Part shown: positions 59,108-64,000 of the stretch, piece after piece
Layout of the letters: the number at the start of each line of letters is the position of its first letter
Numbering within the stretch: position 1 is the first letter of the stretch
Source of the DNA: an uncultured Ignavibacteriota bacterium
Lineage (GTDB): Bacteria > Bacteroidota > Ignavibacteria > UBA10030 > UBA8401
Assembly: GCA_903861125.1 (NCBI GenBank)
Contig: CAIOTF010000014.1
Span: 54,497-118,496 of the forward strand
Reading direction: 5' to 3'
DNA: 64,000 bases
Program-made: the position numbers and the translations under genes
The notes under the pieces: model-generated
What the model was told of the DNA's origin: nothing
Seen by the model: only the letters and a program-made list of their open reading frames with translations
The model's database searches: none

Positions 59108-59839
59108 ATGAAACGGAACATTAAACTTTTAATAGAATACGACGGAACAGATTTTGTCGGCTGGCAGCGGCAATTGAACGGAAGGACTGTGCAGGAAGAG
59201 ATCGAAAAAGCTTTGAAGACGATCACGCTTGAAGAAATAGGTATTGTCGGCGCCGGAAGAACGGACAGCGGTGTTCATGCACGCGGACAGGTAGCAAATT
59301 TTAATACATCCAGTATCCTTACGCTGAATGATTTTTATCGTGGATTGAATGGTATTGTTCCGGACGACATCGTGATAAGGAAAGCCGAGGAAGCCGATGA
59401 AAAATTTTCTGCTCGGTACAGTGCTACGGCGAGAGAATATCGCTATGTCATTTCAAAGAATCCTACTGCTATTGATAGAAAATACTGCTGGCAGATCGGC
59501 TATCAGTTTGATATCGAGAAAATGAACCGTATTGCATTATCAATACTCGAAATGCAGGATTTTCAATCTTTTTGTAAATCCGATTCAGAGGTAAAACATT
59601 ATCTATGTCAGATTTATGAATCACGGTGGTATGAAGAAGATTCCAAATTGATCTATTTGGTTCGTGCTAATCGTTTTCTGCAAGGGATGGTAAGAGCTCT
59701 TGTAGGAACCATGGTGGATATTGGACGAGGACATGTTCTGGAAGATCAATTTCAACAAATAGTAAAATCAAAAGACCGCTCAAAAGCAGGACAGGCGGCA
59801 CCTGCACGCGGATTGTTTCTGGACCGCGTAACTTATTGA
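59108..59839 (+). CDS. truA: tRNA pseudouridine(38-40) synthase
   Basis: IEYDGTDFVGWQRQ and the GAGRTDSGVHA catalytic Asp region. Confidence 0.85.
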   Translation: MKRNIKLLIEYDGTDFVGWQRQLNGRTVQEEIEKALKTITLEEIGIVGAGRTDSGVHARGQVANFNTSSILTLNDFYRGLNGIVPDDIVIRKAEEADEKFSARYSATAREYRYVISKNPTAIDRKYCWQIGYQFDIEKMNRIALSILEMQDFQSFCKSDSEVKHYLCQIYESRWYEEDSKLIYLVRANRFLQGMVRALVGTMVDIGRGHVLEDQFQQIVKSKDRSKAGQAAPARGLFLDRVTY

Positions 59840-59870
59840 ATATCAACGAGTTTTAGAGTAAATTCAGTGT

Positions 59871-60881
59871 ATGATACAAGAAGCTCTGCATAAATTGATC
59901 GAAAAAACAGACTTGTCAAAGCAGGAATCGTACGACTGTATTAAAGAAATCATGTCGGGAAGGGCATCTGATGCTTTGATATCTGCATTTCTGACAGGAA
60001 TGAGGATGAAGGGTGAAACTTCCTTGGAAATTGCAGGATGTGCCCTCGCAATGCGTGAGCTATCCACTCAGATCAAAACTAAGCATCATAAAGTCATTGA
60101 CACTTGTGGCACCGGTGGAGACGGTTTGGGCACTTTCAATATCTCTACAGCTTCGGCTATCGTTGCATCTGCCGCAGGTGCTATTGTTGCAAAACACGGC
60201 AACCGCGCAATTTCCAGTAAATGTGGAAGTGCGGATGTATTGAAAGCGCTTGGCGTAAAAATCGAAATCGAAAAAGAAAAAGTAGAAAGCTGTTTGGATG
60301 AAATCGGGATAGCATTTCTATTTGCACCGCTTCTTCATGGCTCAATGAAACATGCCATGCCTGTCCGCCGCCAATTAGGTATCAGAACCGTTTTTAATGT
60401 TCTCGGACCGCTGACAAACCCTGCAGGAGCCAAACGGCAGGTGTTAGGGGTCTTTCGCAGGGGATTGACAGAGACATTGGCTAATGTGCTGCTTGAACTA
60501 GGAACGGAACGTGCAATGGTTGTTCATGGAAGCGGCGGGATGGATGAACTATCAACAATCGGTGAAACAAAAATCAGTGAGATCAAGAATAGGAATATTG
60601 AGACATACACATTTTCTCATGAATCAGTAGGGATTTCCGGAACTGATTTATCTGCAATTGCCGGAGGCGATGCGGAAGAAAATGCAAGGATACTAACAGC
60701 GGTTTTTGATGGAGCAAAAGGTGCACCTCGCGATATTGTTGTACTAAATGCAGGTGCGGCAATCTATATATCTGGCATCACAAGTTCAATTAAAGATGGT
60801 GTTCACGTTGCACAGGATGCAATTGAAAACGGGGCTGCCAGAAAAAAAATGAAGGAGTTGATTGAGTTTACAAACTCTTAA
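59871..60881 (+). CDS. trpD: Anthranilate phosphoribosyltransferase
   Basis: DTCGTGGDGLGTFNISTASAIVASAAGAIVAKHGNRA. Confidence 0.9.
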   Translation: MIQEALHKLIEKTDLSKQESYDCIKEIMSGRASDALISAFLTGMRMKGETSLEIAGCALAMRELSTQIKTKHHKVIDTCGTGGDGLGTFNISTASAIVASAAGAIVAKHGNRAISSKCGSADVLKALGVKIEIEKEKVESCLDEIGIAFLFAPLLHGSMKHAMPVRRQLGIRTVFNVLGPLTNPAGAKRQVLGVFRRGLTETLANVLLELGTERAMVVHGSGGMDELSTIGETKISEIKNRNIETYTFSHESVGISGTDLSAIAGGDAEENARILTAVFDGAKGAPRDIVVLNAGAAIYISGITSSIKDGVHVAQDAIENGAARKKMKELIEFTNS

Positions 60882-61737
60882 TATGTTAATTCAAAGCAAA
60901 CATATACCTTTCTATCGATCGGTGCTGCAAAAGTTTCCTTTCTTTAAGAAGAAAGAAGTTTCAGAAGAACAGGTCATTCAAGTGCTGGAAGAGGGAGAAC
61001 GCAGCGGTGCTATAGACAAGACAGAGCATGAATTGATCAAAAGTATTCTTGAGTTTACCGACACAACCGTGAAGGAAGTGATGGTTCCGCGAACGGATGT
61101 GTTTGCGGTTGATATTACGATGCAGAGGGATAGACTTCTTCAGTCGTTGATCGATCAAGGCTATACCAGGGTTCCGGTGTACAGGGAATCGATCGATAAT
61201 ATTGTTGGTATCATTTACACAAAAGATCTGATCGGCATGCTGGAACATCGCGACCTCATCATTCTGCAGGATATCATCCGGCCTGCATATATGGTTCCTG
61301 AATCAAAAAAGATAAGTCTTTTGCTGAAAGAACTTCAAAAAAATCGCCAGCATATGGCCATCGTCATCGATGAATTTGGCGGAACAGAAGGGATCGTCAC
61401 TGCCGAAGATATCATCGAAGAGATCGTCGGGGAGATCAGAGATGAATATGATGATGAACAGAGCGACGATGTTACATTCAGCGATGGTGCGACCGTTGTC
61501 AGCGGTGGCATGAGCATTCATAATTTTAACGAACAATTTTCGACAGATATTCCCGAAGACTCACAGTATGATACCATTAGCGGTTTTCTCCATCAGTTGA
61601 CAGAAAGAATACCTGAACTTCACGAAGAGATCAAATATGAGAATGTCTCATTCACTGTTGTGAAGAAGAATGAGCGCCGCATTCGTCAAGTGAAGATCAA
61701 AATAAAGCCTAAAGAAACTGACCAAACACATGAATAA
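60862..61737 (+). CDS. CBS-pair plus CorC_HlyC domain protein (CorC/TlyC family; a cytosolic module normally associated with a transporter)
   Basis: Two CBS motifs (VKEVMVPRTDVF...; IVGIIYTKDL) and the C-terminal transporter-associated domain. The start is probably the internal Met at about 60883, just after the trpD stop. Confidence 0.65.
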   Translation: MSLQTLNMLIQSKHIPFYRSVLQKFPFFKKKEVSEEQVIQVLEEGERSGAIDKTEHELIKSILEFTDTTVKEVMVPRTDVFAVDITMQRDRLLQSLIDQGYTRVPVYRESIDNIVGIIYTKDLIGMLEHRDLIILQDIIRPAYMVPESKKISLLLKELQKNRQHMAIVIDEFGGTEGIVTAEDIIEEIVGEIRDEYDDEQSDDVTFSDGATVVSGGMSIHNFNEQFSTDIPEDSQYDTISGFLHQLTERIPELHEEIKYENVSFTVVKKNERRIRQVKIKIKPKETDQTHE

Positions 61738-62527
61738 CAAGTTATCGGAAATACTGGCACATAAAATACTCGAAGTTGAAAAACGAAAACTGGAAATTTC
61801 GTTTGATGAACTTATTGAGAAAGCATGGCAATCTCCGGCAGCGCTCGATTTTGAAGATGCACTGAAGCAAGAGAACGGCATTGCGTGTATCGCCGAGATA
61901 AAAAAAGCATCACCATCTAAGGGAATCATCACGAAGGATTTTGTTCCCACAAAAATTGCACGAGAATATAAGGAAGGCGGAGCGAGTGCGATCTCAGTAT
62001 TGACCGATGAAAAATATTTTCACGGCAAATCGGAATATATTGCAGCTGCAAAAAGCGCCTCTTTTTTGCCGATCCTGCGCAAGGATTTCATTATCGATGA
62101 ATATCAGATCTATGAAACGCGATGCATTGGCGCCGATGCAATACTGCTGATTGTCAGTGCATTGACCGATATACAACTCCGTTCTTTTCTTACCACGGCG
62201 GATGATCTGTCACTTTCCACGCTTGTAGAATGCCATTCCAAAGAAGAGATCGAAAGAGCTTTGGACGCGGGTGCTAAGATCATCGGTATCAATAACCGTG
62301 ATTTGCAGTCATTCAGTGTCAATGTCGATCTTTCTCTGATGCTCAAAAATTTCATCCCCAATTCATGTACTACCGTAAGCGAAAGCGGCATTAAGAACTT
62401 TAATACCGTTCAGCGTCTTTCACAGGCCGGCTTTGATGCAGTCTTGGTCGGTGAACAATTAATGGCTCAGTCCGATAGGCGTAAAGCACTGGAAGAGCTG
62501 CTCGGACCGCGTGAGCGTGAACAGTGA
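61730..62527 (+). CDS. trpC: Indole-3-glycerol phosphate synthase
   Basis: ILAHKILEV...IAEIKKASPSKG...NNRDL. Confidence 0.85.
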   Translation: MNNKLSEILAHKILEVEKRKLEISFDELIEKAWQSPAALDFEDALKQENGIACIAEIKKASPSKGIITKDFVPTKIAREYKEGGASAISVLTDEKYFHGKSEYIAAAKSASFLPILRKDFIIDEYQIYETRCIGADAILLIVSALTDIQLRSFLTTADDLSLSTLVECHSKEEIERALDAGAKIIGINNRDLQSFSVNVDLSLMLKNFIPNSCTTVSESGIKNFNTVQRLSQAGFDAVLVGEQLMAQSDRRKALEELLGPREREQ

Positions 62528-63159
62528 GTCCGTATTTCATAAAAATATGCGGTATTACAACCTATGACGATGCGGTGATGGCGATAGAGGCAGGAGCAAC
62601 AGCTATCGGATTCAATTTCTATTCGAAGAGTAAACGGTATATTCAACCGGAACGTGCCAAAGAGATTGCCGATAGGATCCGGGGAAAAATATCGATCGTC
62701 GGGATATTTGTAAACGAAGATGCGGCTGCCGTACGGGCGATCGGTGCATCGGTGAAACTTACCTATTGTCAATTCCATGGCGATGAAGAACCGGAATATG
62801 TAAATAGGTTCTCGAATGCGATTAAGTCATTCCGTGTGAACGAATCGCTGAAGAATGTATATTTCGACGATTACAAAACTGCTGCATTTTTACTTGATGC
62901 ATATGATGAAAAAGAATTTGGCGGTACGGGGAAAACTTTCAATTGGCTTCTTGCTCGGGAAGCCAACGAATTCGGTAAGATCATTTTGGCAGGCGGATTG
63001 AACGACGCGAATGTGATAGATGCTATTGAAACCGTTGAACCGTGGGGCGTAGATGTGAGCAGCGGTGTAGAGATCGAACCCGGAAAGAAAGATGCAGAAA
63101 AAGTAAAGAAGTTTGTTGTGAACGCCCGTAATGCATTTGAACGATCATTGGAAATTTAA
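62524..63159 (+). CDS. trpF: Phosphoribosylanthranilate isomerase
   Basis: [34 protein letters not shown]. Confidence 0.85.
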   Translation: MSPYFIKICGITTYDDAVMAIEAGATAIGFNFYSKSKRYIQPERAKEIADRIRGKISIVGIFVNEDAAAVRAIGASVKLTYCQFHGDEEPEYVNRFSNAIKSFRVNESLKNVYFDDYKTAAFLLDAYDEKEFGGTGKTFNWLLAREANEFGKIILAGGLNDANVIDAIETVEPWGVDVSSGVEIEPGKKDAEKVKKFVVNARNAFERSLEI

Positions 63160-63161
63160 GA

Positions 63162-64000
63162 ATGAACTTTGAGAGTCGCATATATCCTGATGTTCCCGAT
63201 GCACAAGGTCATTTTGGTGATTTTGGAGGACGGTATATACCCGAAACACTTCTGCCGGCATCGGAAGAACTGACGGCTTGGTATGCAAAAGTGAAGAATG
63301 ACGAAACTTTCCAAAAAGAATTTCAATATTATCTGAAATATTTTGTTGGCCGTGAGACGCCGTTGTTTTTTGCTGAACGGCTGACAATGCATGCCGGCGG
63401 AGCGAAAATTTATCTTAAGCGTGAAGATTTGTGCCACACAGGGGCGCATAAGATAAACAATACAATTGGTCAGATCCTGATCGCTCAGCGGATGGGAAAA
63501 AAACGTATTATTGCAGAAACAGGTGCAGGTCAGCATGGAGTAGCAACGGCAACAGTTTGTGCTTTGTTTGGTTTGCAGTGTGTTGTGTATATGGGTGAAG
63601 AGGATATGGAGCGTCAGGCGCCGAATGTATATCGTATGAAATTGCTCGGCGCTGAAGTGCGGGCGGTTTCTTCCGGTAGTAAAACATTGAAGGATGCAAC
63701 CAGTGAAGCAATCCGTGACTGGGTTACAAATGTGCAAGATACATTTTATATCATCGGTTCTGTTGTAGGCATGCATCCGTATCCGATGATGGTAAGGGAT
63801 TTTCAATCGGTGATCGGTAAAGAAACACGACAACAGATCCTTGAGTGCGAACATTCTCTGCCGGATGCCATTATAGCATGTGTTGGTGGAGGTAGCAACG
63901 CTATGGGTATTTTCTATCCTTTCCTGAATGATACTCCGGCAGTGAAATTGATCGGCGTTGAGGCGGCGGGATACGGATTGGATTCCGGAAAACATTCTGC
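63162..64000 (+). CDS. trpB: Tryptophan synthase beta chain, 3' end truncated by the window edge
   Basis: [23 protein letters not shown]...[16 protein letters not shown]...[10 protein letters not shown]. There is no stop before the window end, so it is absent from the ORF track. The 279 aa minus-strand ORF at 63156-63995 is its antisense shadow. Confidence 0.85.
   Translation, partial: MNFESRIYPDVPDAQGHFGDFGGRYIPETLLPASEELTAWYAKVKNDETFQKEFQYYLKYFVGRETPLFFAERLTMHAGGAKIYLKREDLCHTGAHKINNTIGQILIAQRMGKKRIIAETGAGQHGVATATVCALFGLQCVVYMGEEDMERQAPNVYRMKLLGAEVRAVSSGSKTLKDATSEAIRDWVTNVQDTFYIIGSVVGMHPYPMMVRDFQSVIGKETRQQILECEHSLPDAIIACVGGGSNAMGIFYPFLNDTPAVKLIGVEAAGYGLDSGKHS

Noticed and set aside
63156-63995. 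279 aa minus-strand ORF
   Set aside because: It is antisense to an unmistakable trpB, which has its N-terminal motifs and PLP-Lys region. The minus-strand ORF is Cys- and His-rich low-complexity shadow sequence with no recognisable domain.

Overview
This 64 kb window looks like chromosomal DNA from a Gram-negative bacterium of the Fibrobacteres-Chlorobi-Bacteroidetes group. Its GC content is about 43-45%, and the lineage is probably Ignavibacteria-like; this is a guess from the gene content. Several proteins carry C-terminal sorting domains of the type A type IX secretion system (T9SS). There are also FadL/PorV-like outer-membrane beta-barrels and many genes with Shine-Dalgarno sequences. Translation uses the standard code, with TAA and TGA both seen as stops.

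The left 29 kb is accessory and envelope-related. At 1-9.2 kb there is a partial TonB-dependent-receptor-like barrel, a 1213 aa T9SS cargo protein, a PorV/FadL-like barrel, and a convergent T9SS cargo protein with FG-GAP repeats. At 9.3-11.5 kb there are two heptosyltransferase-like genes of glycosyltransferase family 9 (GT9). At 11.6-20.9 kb one long, tightly overlapping minus-strand operon holds a thioredoxin, GT9, GT4, a CE4-like protein, GT4, two FadL/PorV-like barrels, a BNR-repeat T9SS cargo protein and a lipoprotein. At 21.1-29.3 kb a second minus-strand operon holds an M50 protease, an outer-membrane protein, a PHP phosphoesterase, a glycosyltransferase, a NodB-like CE4 deacetylase, a NodC-like GT2 with a QxxRW motif, a flippase-like membrane protein and a second GT2.

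The right 35 kb is housekeeping: udk, M16 peptidases, ald, an isolated nuoG-nuoH-nuoI block, yifB/comM interrupted by one in-frame TAA, a K+ channel, a SAM-I riboswitch upstream of metY-metX, der, upp, relA/spoT, ruvX, mtgA, cmk, ispH, rpsA, mtaB, truA, and trpD, trpC, trpF and trpB. No rRNA, tRNA, CRISPR array, transposase or integrase was recognised.

Coordinates of small RNA and terminator features are approximate, within a few nucleotides.
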